Part shown: piece by piece, positions 1 to 12,638 of the stretch
Layout: each line of letters begins with the position of its first letter
Numbering within the stretch: the stretch's first letter is position 1
Assembly: GCA_051530055.1 (NCBI GenBank)
Contig: CM121343.1
Coordinates: forward strand, 6,542,389-6,606,388
Length of the DNA: 64,000 nt
Direction: 5' to 3'
From: Neoechinorhynchus agilis
Lineage: Eukaryota; Animalia; Acanthocephala
Translations under genes and position numbers: made by a program
The notes under the pieces: model-generated
Told to the model about the DNA's origin: nothing
Databases searched by the model: none
The model's input: the letters and a program-made list of their open reading frames with translations, nothing else

Positions 1-150
1 CATTTGACTTGTACATTATAACTGATTCGTCATTTTTAATGTTAGTACATTTATACTTATTGGAAAAACACTGAACGCTAGTGATATAATTCCTGAATAT
101 ATTATAATTGAAAAAGAACACCGCGACTTGCGTTTTTTGCCATCGAATAA

Positions 151-756
151 ATGACTCAGAGATCAGAAAGCTTTGGGACGACTTCAGAGGACGAGAGGAA
201 GCTCATTCGTAAAATTATAAGAAATTTCTCAAATGAAAGTCCCTTTATTTCAAAAAGTAGGGTCATTTTATCGGATGCATTTAGGATAATGAGCCAGTCA
301 GATACCCAGATGATCACTCCGTCTAGATTAAGTGAAATTGCGGCTCGACTGAATATAGAAATGTCAGTGGAGGAAGCCGAATCATTGGTGAACCAGATAG
401 TGTGAATAATTCTCCGTTAAGATTCTAAGTAGAATTATTTAGAAGATGAGGACAAAAGTGGACACATTGGATTGCTGGAGTTCGAGACGTTGATGGAAAC
501 GGTAGTGACAGAGGAGGAAATGTTGCGTGAGATGTATGAGATATTTAATGTGTTCGATCAAGATTATGATGGAACAATATCATGTCAAGAGATTGGATCC
601 ATAGTTAAATATTTTGATCCGCAATTAACTGAAGATGAAGCGTTGGATTTAATCCGCGCTGCTGATGTGAACAAGAATGGAACTATTGAAATGAACGAAT
701 TGCTGATGTTATTGGCCAGCAATGATTCTGACGAGCAACATCGTTTAAAAAAGTAA
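151..756 (+). CDS. Calmodulin-like 4-EF-hand protein (at least 2 exons, intron about 401-450)
   Basis: ORFs 151-405 and 472-756 joined by a short GT-AG intron. EF loops DEDKSGHIGLLE, DQDYDGTISCQE and DVNKNGTIEMNE are canonical; the first EF hand is degenerate. The exact splice phase is not resolved. Confidence 0.8.
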
Positions 757-2344
757 ACTACTTTTTAGTACAGATTGAGCTTGTCCAATATCAATTGAAT
801 GGCATGTTGCTTTTCTATCATACATTCCCTAAACACATTGTTTATTCTTACTGATTAGGTTCCATTGGATTCGAGTTGTTTTGCTGCAATCTGACAGATA
901 ATTGCGCTGCACTTGTGCAATCTACCAATTACCAAATCTAAGCAATACAACACATGCGATGATGGCATCGAAACTTGAAGACGAACAATTATAGTGTTGG
1001 TTTTATGCGTTAAAATCAACTTGTATTTCTTAAATCACATCGATTTAATTGATCCACTCAAATATTTTTGTCGTCTGCACAATATTCGAAATAAATTCCA
1101 TCTTTTTATATATTTAAGATGGATTTTTTCGTTTTCAATCGAGTATTGCGCAATATTTCTGTCGAATGAGTCATGAGCATCAAGAAATTGAATTGTGGCC
1201 ATCGTAATCCACGCGGATAGAAAATATTTTATTAGATTGAAATATTTCACGACGGAGCCTTGACTCGTCAATCAATGTTTCGCAAGTTAATTCGATCGAC
1301 CGAAATGTTTCAATCTTATAAAATACGTTTTATCCGGGATTTTCATCATCACAATTCAAAAACATGAGAATTTACACGAACCTCGATGGACCGGATTTCG
1401 TTCAATAATAATAATAATAATAATTGAAAAAGTATTTGTATTTTACCTGTTTTCGAGACACGCTTAGAATCAATTTTATCGTTTTTAAAAATGAGAGATT
1501 TCGTCTAAAAACGACAACAGTGCAAAATTACTGTATTGGTAGGATTATATTTATTGATGAGAAATGAAGTGAATTTTTCAATTCTAAGCGAAACGAGCAT
1601 TTGTGTAAAACATTAAATTAAAATTATAATTTTTTGCTTTAATACACAAGTAATATTGAATGAATGGCAACCATAAAAAAGTTCTCAGTGCAATTATGTT
1701 AAGATGAATAATTTACAGTTTGCATTTTTCTCGCATACTATTTCTTAAGAATAATAAAATTTTGAGACTATACCCGGTTCATATTAAAAAATTATCAATA
1801 TATAGTTCACGGATGCATTATTTAAGCTTGGTCCTTGAAATCCTTTTTATGGCTCAAATGGTTGTTTTTTCTTAATACAAAACCGGAGCAGAAAAAAAAT
1901 GGAAACATGATAGTTTTTAAAGTACGCGAATTTTCGTAAGAGATAATCTCATGTTGCGCGTATAAGATTGGAATTTATATAAGGAGCCAATAGAGTTGCG
2001 ATGTCTACAACCAATTATGGTATTGCTTAGCTTACGACGTCTGCATGTGAGACAAGCCAGAGCTTTCTGCCTATGACTGATTACTTCTTCATATACACCC
2101 ATAACGAATGAAAGAAGTACTAGACGAATGGAATAAAACTAGCAGTGACGCCTTAGTCGTAGCGATATTGCACAAATTATATAAGTATCTTTCTGGAACA
2201 GACTGATAAGCCGGAGAAGCGGTACATCGCTTACGATAAGGAGCAGGAATTCTTGGAATGCTTCCGATTACCGATTGAAGTGATTGTTTTGATCGGTTTT
2301 ACTTTCATGACAATTTTGTTAAAAATACTTCAGATCAATTACAA

Positions 2345-2953
2345 ATGCCACTGCGTTCGAGCGACAATGCAGCCATTAAGATATTCTATAAGGGGACTTT
2401 GGACGAAGCTTTAAATCGCCATTTCACGATGTCACAGGGTGAAAGACGAAAACGAAAAGGTATGCATGGTCTTCAAAATGTTTTAAAGATACTTTGTTGA
2501 ACAGCATCTTTTACGTGCGATCCATTGAGTACTCCAGCGTATTCCAAAAAAATACAAAGAGCAGATATCCCAATAAACAACGAATTTCAAACAATTAATT
2601 CCCATAATTGCTATTATCAACAGCACGTCTTCACAAGTGACGATGGAGGTTATTATTTCCCGTCTGTCACTGATAACAATGCAAATGTTCAACCAATGTA
2701 TGCCAACTCTCCGTACGTTTCAATCGATCAACAAACTACGAACCAAATTGCCCCTGAACATTTACTGGACGTAAATTCCACGCCAGGAGTGTACAATTGC
2801 ACACCTTATTTTATGCAAAATGAATCATCATCATCATCATCCGGATGTATTCATGCACAATTTCCAACCATCTTAAGGCAAGGAAACATACCACTTTTTG
2901 CCAATTATTCCGGCACCAACATGGACCACAGATACCGGTCTACTACTTACTGA
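2345..2953 (+). CDS. Possible Vestigial-like (Tondu/Vg domain) transcription cofactor; intron 2460-2504
   Basis: Exon reads MPLRSSDNAAIKIFYKGTLDEALNRHFTMSQGERRKRK, with G-x8-HF spacing as in the Tondu motif (VFTYFRGDISSVVDEHFSRAL). GTATGC...AACAG intron joins it in frame to the S/Q/P/N-rich ORF 2525-2953. Further upstream exons (from about 2108) are possible. Confidence 0.45.
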
Positions 2954-3711
2954 AATAACGAGTGGATTATTTTCATAAATATTGTAAGAACAAGAATATA
3001 AACAATAAAATTATATAGGGTTGAAACCCAAGTAGTTTGGTATTTAAACATTTTGAACAACTTTTAGAAAAAAAAAGGGCACAATGATCGCTTTAATACC
3101 TTTATCAATTTCAAACATCAAGAGAAGAAGTTTTTCTAAAAAATCGATTAAGAAATTCCAACCTCTTCAATTTTTATAGAATAACTCGGCATTTTACTAA
3201 CAAACTAAAGAAAAATTAAGTACAGAATAATGTTTGCACTATTTCTGAAACAAGTTGATTGGGTCATTGGGTAAGATTTCTTAAACGAGAGGGATGCGAA
3301 TTGACCATATTAATGCAATTTTGTCCATTAACACGACTTTAAAGATATTATGGAATTATTTGTTTATGGCGGAATTATTGAAAGAAGCCAAAATATCATC
3401 GGATTTAGTAAAACTCCTTCAATTTTTCCGCCATAAACAAACATGAATAATTCAAACTTCAAAGAATTTTGGAATTGAAACATCGAAATTTGATAAGGTA
3501 TTAACTTTCGCTTCGATGATTTTTTCTTCGCAAATAATATAGATTTGTTGACAACACGCTTGAATGCTTAAACGCTTTTTAAACCCGCTACTTGATTTCC
3601 AATAAGATTAAAAGACGTACAAATTCACTTACCTGAAAAAACTAAGTTCATAGCCACGAAAAAACGCAACAGCTGAGCTTTTCTCATTAACATTTAATTT
3701 ATAAAAATGGG

Positions 3712-4046
3712 TTTAACATTGATTTAACCGGTATTCCATGCGTGAGGTCTAAAATAAGCGTCAATCAAGGTCTGACTGTTTATTGATTATTGCAGGAATC
3801 TACGCTTACCATTAGAAGCGCAATTCTGCTATAACCCGAAATATCTATTGATTTTTAGATGTCATTTAATTCTCTGTTTAACATTGATTTAACCGGTATT
3901 CCATGCGTGAGGTCTAAAGTAAGCGTCAATCAAGGTCTGACTGTTTATTGTGATTGATTATTGCAGGAATCTACGCTTACCATTAGAAGCGCAATTCTGC
4001 TATAACCCGAAATATCTATTGATTTTTAGATGTCATTTAATTCTCT
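3712..4046. repeat. Two-copy tandem duplication (about 165 bp) abutting the STRA6-like stop codon
   Basis: tttaacattgatttaaccggtattcc...gtcatttaattctct occurs at 3712-3875 and 3877-4046; the second copy has a 6-nt insertion. Confidence 0.9.
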
Positions 4047-5598
4047 AACAAATCATCACTCCTACCGCCCAAGACGGCGATCTTTGCATTACTTTTTTAC
4101 GGTAATGAATTAAAGACATATTCCTACTGAGTGTAACCAATATCCAGTACTTAAAGATAATACATTTGCGGAACTTATCGCTTGGATACACTCCGTTCCT
4201 TTTGTCAACGATTTCACTCATGATAAGTTCAGTGAATGCCAATAATACTGGATGTGTTTGACTAACTTCGACCCGGATCCAGGATGCATGTGCCAAATAA
4301 GCATAGTCGTAACGTTCAAGGTTTTTTGATATTGTACGTTTTCCGCAGCGTCCAGCGAGGATGTATTGCGTCCAAATTCCTGTTGGTAATCGTAGTAAGC
4401 ATATTATGAATCCTACAATTGGATCGTATAGGAGATTAAGATTGCTGATAATTCTCATCAGTTTCGGGTTCCGAACTGTAACTCGAATGTGCACTGTTCG
4501 TTCTGGGAATACAGAACGAACCAACAAACCAACTATTACCAATTTCGCTACTATCAGAAGTGGAATAAGCGTAAATCGATAATATTGGCAAAAAAGATAA
4601 TATAATAAAGGACCAACGTGACTAACAAACACAAGAGTTCCAAAGGAAATAGGAAGGATTACGATGAAGATATAGCAGTTCTGTCCAATTAGATATCCGG
4701 GTAATTGCAATGCCTTACGGATCATCGTAATGTTATCGAGTCCAGTGCGAGCGCATAACCGTGGATACTTCCCTCGAAAGCCTTTTAGAATCCAAACTCG
4801 ATGTGACCGTAGTGTATGCCCCATACATGCCAAAACAGCAATGAATGAGAGAAGAAGAGCCAATCGTAAATAATTGATTAGCTTCGTCTTTAACTGCATT
4901 GGAATCTCAATAACCGGTATAGCGATTTCTTGGTACGCGATTGAACTGGCTAAATGTACGATCGTTGTTGTTGTGAAATCCAACAGATTGTCTGCGTTTT
5001 CTAAGAGACAAACTGATAAAAGGTAGAGAATTTCAATCGATAGACAACACGCAACGACCATTTGAGCACAGAAATCGAATTTTCGATTATAATTTGGTGC
5101 CTTGTTATGATGAAGCATCATTTTTACATACTCGAATTGTTCGTATACAGAAATAATTCATTAAATGGAGATACCGAAATGGATTATTGCGCGTGTGTAA
5201 TTCGAGTAAAATAATGTCGTTTTCGAATTACAATCATAGACTTGCTTGAAGATTGATTTAAATATAAAATAAATCTCGAAAACAATCGAATTTGAAGGAA
5301 AACCACGGATAAATAATAAGGGAAGCGTTTCATTGAACGGTAAATCGTTCCATTTCGACCAGTATCATATTTAAAATCGTTAATCAAACTCCAAGTAAGA
5401 TCCATCATCATGTATAAAATAGCTATTGATAATTTAGAGCGACTGTTATCTTTATAAGCGTCCAAAACTAAGTACGTAATAGGGGCGAATCCAATAAAAT
5501 CGAATATAATAGCAATCACAGCTCTTACTAAACCAAAGTAAAAATATTCGAGGCAACCAAATTCGGAAACAATCCATTCGAAGCGCCAGTTCGGAGAC
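4045..5598 (-). CDS. STRA6: STRA6-like multi-pass membrane receptor (3' exons)
   Basis: ORF 4045-5121 ends in YAYLAHASWIRVEVSQTHPVLLAFTELI...KYWILVTLSRNMSLIHYRKK, matching the STRA6 C-terminus (KIEVSQSHP..AF..LL...W.L.YTL..N..L...RK). ORF 5184-5519 has multiple TM segments and extends in frame upstream to SPNWRFEWIVSEFGCL at about 5598. Confidence 0.8.
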
Positions 5599-8500
5599 CT
5601 GTACTCTTAGAGGGATTCCTCGAGGGATTAAATGGAGAAATCCAATTCGGAGACCTGTACTCTTAGAGGGATTCGTGGAGGGATTAAATGGAGAAATCCA
5701 ATTCGGGGACCTCTACTCCTAGAGGGATTCTTGGAGGGATTAAATGGAGAAACCGAATAGAGACCCGTACTTTTAGAGGGATTCCTCGAGGGATTAAATG
5801 GAGAAATCCAGTTCGGGGACCTGTACTCTTAGAGGGATTCCTTGGAGGGATTAAATGGAGAAATCCAGTTCGGGGACCTGTACTCTTAGGATATTCCTTG
5901 GAGGGATTAAATGGAGAAATCCAGAATTGGAGACCTGTACTTTTAGAGGGATTCTTTGGAGGGATTAAATGGAGAAATCCAGTTCGGGGACCTGTACTCT
6001 AGAGGATTTCTTGGAGGGATTAAATGGAGAAATCGAATTCGGAGACCTGTACTTTTAGAGGGATTCCTCGAGGGATTAAATGGAGAAATCCAATTCGGAG
6101 ACCTGTACTTTTAGAGGGATTCCTCGAGGGATTAAATGAGAAATCCAATTCAGACGTATTTTAGAGGGATCCTCGAGGGATTAAATGGAGAAATCCAATT
6201 CGGGGACCTCTACTCTTAGAGGGATTCCTTGGAGGGATTAAATGGAGAAATCGAATTCGGAGACCTGTACTCTTAGAGGGATTCCTTGGAGGGATTAAAT
6301 GGAGAAATCCAATTCGGAGACCTGTACTTTTAGAGGGATTCCTTGGAGGGATTAAATGGAGAAATCCAATTCGGGGACCTGTACTCTTAGAGGGATTCCT
6401 TGGAGGGATTAAATGGAGAAATCGAATTCGGAGACCTGTACTCTTAGAGGGATTCCTCGAGGGATTAAATGGAGAAATCCAGTTCGGAGACCTGTACTCT
6501 TAGAGGGATTCCTTGGAGGGATTAAATGGAGAAATCCAATTCGGGGACCTGTACTTTTAGAGGGATTCCTTGGAGGGATTAAATGGAGAAATCGAATTCG
6601 GAGACCTGTACTTTTAGAGGGATTCTTGGAGGGATTAAATGGAGAAATCCAATTCGGAGACCTCTACTCTTAGAGGGATTCCTCGAGGGATTAAATGGAG
6701 AAATCCAATTCGGAGACCTCTACTCCTAGAGGGATTCCTTGGAGGGATTAAATGGAGAAATCCAGTTCAGAGACCTGTACTCTTAGAGGGATTCGTGGAG
6801 GGATTAAATGGAGAAATCCAATTCGGGGACCTGTACTCTTAGAGGGATTCCGTGGAGGGATTAAATGGAGAAATCGAATTCGGAGACCTGTACTTTAAGA
6901 TGGATTCCTCAAGGGATTAAATGGAGAAATCCAGTTCGGGGACCTGTACTTTTAGAGCGATTCCTCGAGGGATTAAATGGAGAAATCCAATTCGGAGACC
7001 TGTACTTTTAGAGGGATTCCTCGAGGGATTAAATGGAGAAATCCAATTCGGGGACCTGTACTTTTAGAGGGATTCCTCAAGGGATTAAATGGAGAAATCC
7101 AGTTCGGGGACCTGTACTCTTAGAGGGATTCCTCGAGGGATTAAATGGAGAAATCCAATTCGGAGACCTGTACTTTTAGAGGGATTCTTTGGAGGGATTA
7201 AATGGAGAAATCCAGTTCGGGGACCTGTACTCTTAGAGGGATTCCTCAGGATTAAATGAAAACAAAACACAAACCAAAAAAAAACAACACCACAAACAGA
7301 TTAAATGGAGAAATCCAGTTCGGAGACCTGTACTTTTAGAGGGATTCCTCGAGGGATTAAATGGAGAAATCCAGTTCGGGGACCTGTACTTTTAGAGGGA
7401 TTCCTTGGAGGGATTAAATGGAGAAATCCAGTTCGGGGACCTGTACTCTTAGAGGGATTCCTCGAGGGATTAAATGGAGAAATCCAATTCGGAGACCTCT
7501 ACTCTTAGAGGGATTCCTTGGAGGGATTAAATGGAGAAATCGAATTCGGAGACCTGTACTCTTAGAGGGATTCCTTGGAGGGATTAAATGGAGAAATCGA
7601 ATTCGGAGACCTGTACTTTTAGAGGGATTCTTGGAGGGATTAAATGGAGAAATCCAATTCGGAGACGTACTTTTAGAAGGATTCCTCGAGGGATTAAATG
7701 GAGAAATCCAATTCAGACCGTACTTTTAGAGGGATTTCTCGAGGGATTAAATGGAGAAATCGAATTCGGGGACCTGTACTTAGAGGGATTCCTCGAGGGA
7801 TTAAATGGAGAAATCCAATTCGGAGACCTGTACTTTTAGAGGGATTCCTCGAGGGATTAAATGGAGAAATCCAATTCGGGGACCTGTACTCTTAGAGGGA
7901 TTCCTCGAGGGATTAAATGGAGAAATCCAGTTCGGGGACCTGTACTCTTAGAGGGATTCCTTGGAGGGATTAAATGGAGAAATCCAGTTCGGGGACCTGT
8001 ACTTTTAGAGGGATTCCTCGAGGGATTAAATGGAGAAATCCAATTGGGGACCTGTACTTTTAGAGGGATTCCTCGAGGGATTAAATGGAGAAATCCAATT
8101 CGGAGACCTGTACTTTTAGAGGGATTCCTCAAGGGATTAAATGGAGAAATCCAGTTCGGGGACCTGTACTTTTAGAGGGATTCGAGGGATTAAATGGAGA
8201 AATCCAGTTCGGGGACCTGTACTTAGAGGGATTCCTCAAGGGATTAAATGGAGAAATCCAGTTCGGGGACCTGTACTCTTAGAGGGATTCCTTGGAGGGA
8301 TTAAATGGAGAAATCCAGTTCGGAGACCTGTACTTTTAGAGGGATTCCTTCGAGGGATTAAATGGAGAAATCGAATTCGGGGACCTGTACTTTTAGAGGG
8401 ATTCCTCGAGGGATTAAATGGAGACATCCAATTCGGAGACCTGTACTTTTAGAGGGATTCCTCGAGGGATTAAGTGGAGAAATCGAATTCGGAGACCTGT

Positions 8501-11500
8501 ACTCTTAGAAGGATTCCTCGTGGGATTAAATGGAGAAATCCAATTCGGAGACCTGTACTTTTAGAGGGATTCCTCGAGGGATTAAATGGAGAAATCCAAT
8601 TCGGAGACCTGTACTTTTAGAGGGATTCCTCGTGGGATTAAATGGAAAATTCCAATTCGGAGACCTGTACTTTTAGAGGGATTCCTCGAGGGATTAAATG
8701 GAGAAATCGAATTCGGAGACCTGTACTTTTAGAGGGATTCCTTGGAGGGATTAAATGGAGAAATTGAATTCGGGGACCTGTACTTTTAGAGGGATTCCTT
8801 CGAGGGATTAAATGGAGAAATCGAATTCGGGGACGTGTACTTTTAGAGGGATTCCTCGGGGGATTAAATGGAGAAATCCAGTTCGGGGACCTGTACTCTT
8901 AGAGGGATTCCTCAAGGGATTAAATGGAGAAATCCAGTTCGGTGACCTGTACTCTTAGAGGGATTCCTTGGAGGGATTAAATGGAGAAATCCAGTTCGGG
9001 GACCTGTACTCTTAGAGGGATTCCTTGGAGGGATTAAATGGAGAAGTCCAGTTCGGGGACCTGTACTTTTAGAGGGATTCCTCGAGGGATTAAATGGAGA
9101 AATCGAATTCGGGGACCTGTACTTTTAGAGGGATTCCTCGAGGGATTAAATGGAGAAATCCAATTCGGAGACCTGTACTTTTAGAGGGATTCCTCGAGGG
9201 ATTAAATGGAGAAATCCAGTTCGGGGACCTGTACTCTTAGAGGGATTCCTTGGAGGGATTAAATGGAGAAATCCAGTTCGGGGACCTGTACTTTTAGAGG
9301 GATTCCTCGAGGGATTAAATGGAGAAATCCAATTCGGAGACCTGTACTTTTAGAGGGATTCCTCGAAGGATTAAATGGAGAAATCAATTCGGAGACCTGT
9401 ACTTTAGAGGGATTCCTCAAGGGATTAAATGGAGAAATCCAGTTCGGAGACCTGTACTCTTAGAGGGATTCCTTGGAGGGATTAAATGGAGAAATCTAGT
9501 TCGGGGACCTGTACTTTTAGAGGGATTCCTCGAGGGATTAAATGGAGAAATCGAATTCGGGGACCTGTACTTTTAGAGGGATTCCTCGAGGGATTAAATG
9601 GAGAAATCCAGTTCGGAGACCTGTACTTTTAGAGGGATTCCTCGAGGGATTAAATGGAGAAATCCAGTTCGGGGACCTGTACTTTTAGAGGGATTCCTCG
9701 AGGGATTAAATGGAGACATCCAATTCGGAGACCTGTACTTTTAGAGGGATTCCTCGAGGGATTAAGTGGAGAAATCGAATTCGGAGACCTGTACTCTTAG
9801 AAGGATTCCTCGTGGGATTAAATGGAGAAATCCAGTTCGGAGACCTGAACCTTTAGAATGATTCCTTCGAGGGATTAAATGGAGAAATCGAATTCGGGGA
9901 CCTGCACTCTTAGAAGGATTCCTCGAGGGATTAAATGGAGAAATGCAATTTGGAGACCTGTACTTTTAGAAGGATTCCTCGAGGGATTAAATGGAGAAAT
10001 CCAATTCGGAGACCTGTACTTTTAGAGGGATTCCTTGGAGGGATTAAATGGAGAAATCGAATTCGGGGACCTGTACTCTTAGAGGGATTCCTTGGAGGGA
10101 TTAAATGGAGAAATCGAATTCGGAGACCTGTACTTTTAGAAGGATTCCTCGAGGGATTAAATGGAGAAATCCAATTCGGAGACGTACTTTTAGAAGGATT
10201 CCTCGAGGGATTAAATGGAGAAATCCAATTCGCAGACGTACTTTTAGAAGGATTCCTTGGAGGGATTAAATGGAGAAATCCAAATCGGAGACCTGTACTT
10301 TTAGAGGGATTCCTCGAGGGATTAAATGGAGAAATCCAATTCGGAGACCTGTACTTTTAGAGGGATTCCTCGAGGGATTAAATGGAGAAATCCAATTCGG
10401 AGACCTGTACTTTTAGAGGGATTCCTCGAGGGATTAAATGGAGAAATCCAATTCGGGGACCTCTACTCTTAGAGGGATTCCTTGGAGGGATTAAATGGAG
10501 AAATCGAATTCGGAGACCTGTACTTTTAGAGGGATTCTTTGGAGGGATTAAATGGAGAAATCCAATTCGGAGACATGTACTTTTAGAAGGATTCCTTGGA
10601 GGGATTAAATGGAGAAATCCAATTCGGAGACCTGTACTTTTAGAGGGATTCCTCGAGGGATTAAATGGAGAAATCCAATTCGGAGACCTGTACTTTTAGA
10701 GGGATTCCTCGAGGGATTAAATGGAGAAATCCAATTCGGAGACCTGTACTTTTAGAGGGATTCCTCGAGGGATTAAATGGAGAAATCGAATTCGGGGACC
10801 TCTACTCTTAGAGGGATTCCTTGGAGGGATTAAATGGAGAAATCGAATTCGGAGACCTGTACTTTTAGAGGGATTCTTTGGAGGGATTAAATGGAGAAAT
10901 GCAATTTGGAGACCTGTACTTTTAGAGGGATTCCTTGGAGGGATTAAATGGAGAAATCGAATTCGGGGACCTGTATTCTTAGAAGGATTCCTCGAGGGAT
11001 TAAAAGGAGAAATCGAATTCAGAGACCTGTACTTTTAGAAGGATTCCTCCAGGGATTAAATGGAGAAATCCAGTTCGGAGACCTGTACTCTTAGAAGGAT
11101 TCCTCGAGGGATTAAATGGAGAAATGCAATTTCGAGACCTGTACTTTTAGAAGGATTCCTTGGAGGGATTAAATGGAGAAAATCCAATTCGGAGACCTGT
11201 ACTTTTAGAAGGATTCCTTGGAGGGATTAAATGGAGAAATCCAGTTCGGATACCTGTACTTTGAAAGGGATTCCTTGGAGGGATTAAATGAAGAAATCCA
11301 GTTCTGGGACCTGTACTTTTAGAGGGATTCCTCGAGGGATTAAATGGAGAAATCCAATTCGGAGACCTGTACTTTTAGAAGGATTCCTCGAGGGACTAAT
11401 TGGAGAAATCCAGTTCGGAGACCTGTACTTTGAAAGGGATTCCTTGGAGGGATCAAATGGAGAAATCGAATTCCGAGACCTGTACTTTAAGAGGGATTCT

Positions 11501-11657
11501 TTAGAGGGATTAAATGGAGAAATCGAATTCGGAGACTTCTACTTTTAGAAGGATTCCTTGCAGGGATTAAATGGAGAAATCCAATTCCAGGAGGTCCACT
11601 CTAAGGGGAATTCCGTACGAGGATTTATATGGTAAAATCGAATACCGAGACCTGCAC
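5586..11657. repeat. Minisatellite, 56/57-bp unit, about 105 copies, inside the STRA6-like gene
   Basis: Unit ccaattcggagacctgtacttttagagggattcct(c/tg)gagggattaaatggagaaat. The 56- and 57-bp variants are interspersed; a diverged terminal copy lies at about 11585-11657. Confidence 0.97.
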
Positions 11658-11764
11658 GGGCAGTTGGATTTCGTAGTACGATTAAACGAAAAATGAAAAT
11701 ACCTGTCGGCAAATTTGGACACGCTAATGGATCCCATGGAAATCGTAATTCGTATAGCTTCCAA
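11585..11764 (-). CDS. Putative upstream exon of the STRA6-like gene
   Basis: Frame of ORF 11567-11764 reads ...FSFNRTTKSNCPCRSRYSILPYKSSYGIPLRVDLLE; GIPLRVDLL resembles STRA6 GLPSPVDFL after TM1. Strong donor ACAG|GTATTT at 11703/11702. Confidence 0.4.
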
Positions 11765-12542
11765 AAAACTGATCCGTAATGTGGGATATGCTTTATTGGG
11801 TTCATTATTCCATTAAAACTATGACGACGGAATTTTGAAAAGATGAAGTCCAGTTTGAGAAGTGGCAATAAACATGGATGGATTATAGCCTGCTCCTTTA
11901 GTGCGCGAGAATAAAAAATTTAAGCGTAATAGGACGTGCCCTTACGGAAAGCGTTTTCGGCGAGAAGCTCTTTAGGTCGTAATTCCTGTCATGTGTAGAT
12001 TTCCTCTTATTTAAATAATGGCCAAACTAAATACCATTTCGCTGGTGATTTCTTAGCTTTAAATAGATTTTCATATAACTCTTCATTTCGTTCCTCAGTA
12101 CTTATAAACAAAATATTATTGACGATGAAAACATTTCATATTTTCAAAATCACGTTCTTCTAACATGTAACTTTAATGCTAATTCCGTTCACTTCCTTTT
12201 TGCTTCTCAACGTTTAAAATCATTGTTTCTCAGGATCGATCTTGCAATAACTTTGTCTTATATTATCAACAATAATCGATGATGCGTACACAAGACCAAG
12301 GTAAGTTATTTTGTATCATACAAAACTGGATTAATGAGCAGAAATAACACTAATTCTCTTTTAGAAGGTTACCGGAAAGTGGTTTTTTTCAATTTGTAAG
12401 CTTTGATTAATTTAATTCATTTACTGATTTGTATGCATCTAATTTTTATTAAGTATTATCGATTGCCATGAAAATGCACCCCTGATCATTGGCAGTAAAT
12501 ATTTTAACCTCGGTTTCCAAGAAAGTGTTCTTAAGTTCTAAA

Positions 12543-12638
12543 TGATATCAAAGGAGAAAGTCGTGGATGATATCAAAGGAGAAAGTCCTAATTGATACCA
12601 AGGGAAAAAGTCCTAAATGATACCAAGGGAGAAAGTCC
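12543..12638. repeat. 25-bp tandem repeat x4
   Basis: tgata(t/c)caa(a/g)gga(g/a)aaagtc... repeated four times. Confidence 0.85.

Noticed and set aside
994-2102. Short ORFs 994-1176, 1035-1271 and 1917-2102
   Set aside because: Near-cognate starts, no motifs and no consistent exon chain could be built.
7251-7300. A/C-only insertion (aaacaaaacacaaacc…) within the array, resembling a spacer
   Set aside because: Low-complexity and flanked by truncated units; typical of a long-read base-calling artefact. Needs raw reads to exclude.
5688-11548. Dozens of ORFs such as MEKSNSETCTFRGIPRGIKWRNP…
   Set aside because: They are translations of the 56/57-bp repeat; frames switch with unit length and there is no domain content.
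5586-11657. CRISPR-like or telomere-like (TTAGAGGG/AGGGATT) interpretation of the array
   Set aside because: There are no unique spacers, the context is eukaryotic, there are no cas genes and no TTAGGG tracts.
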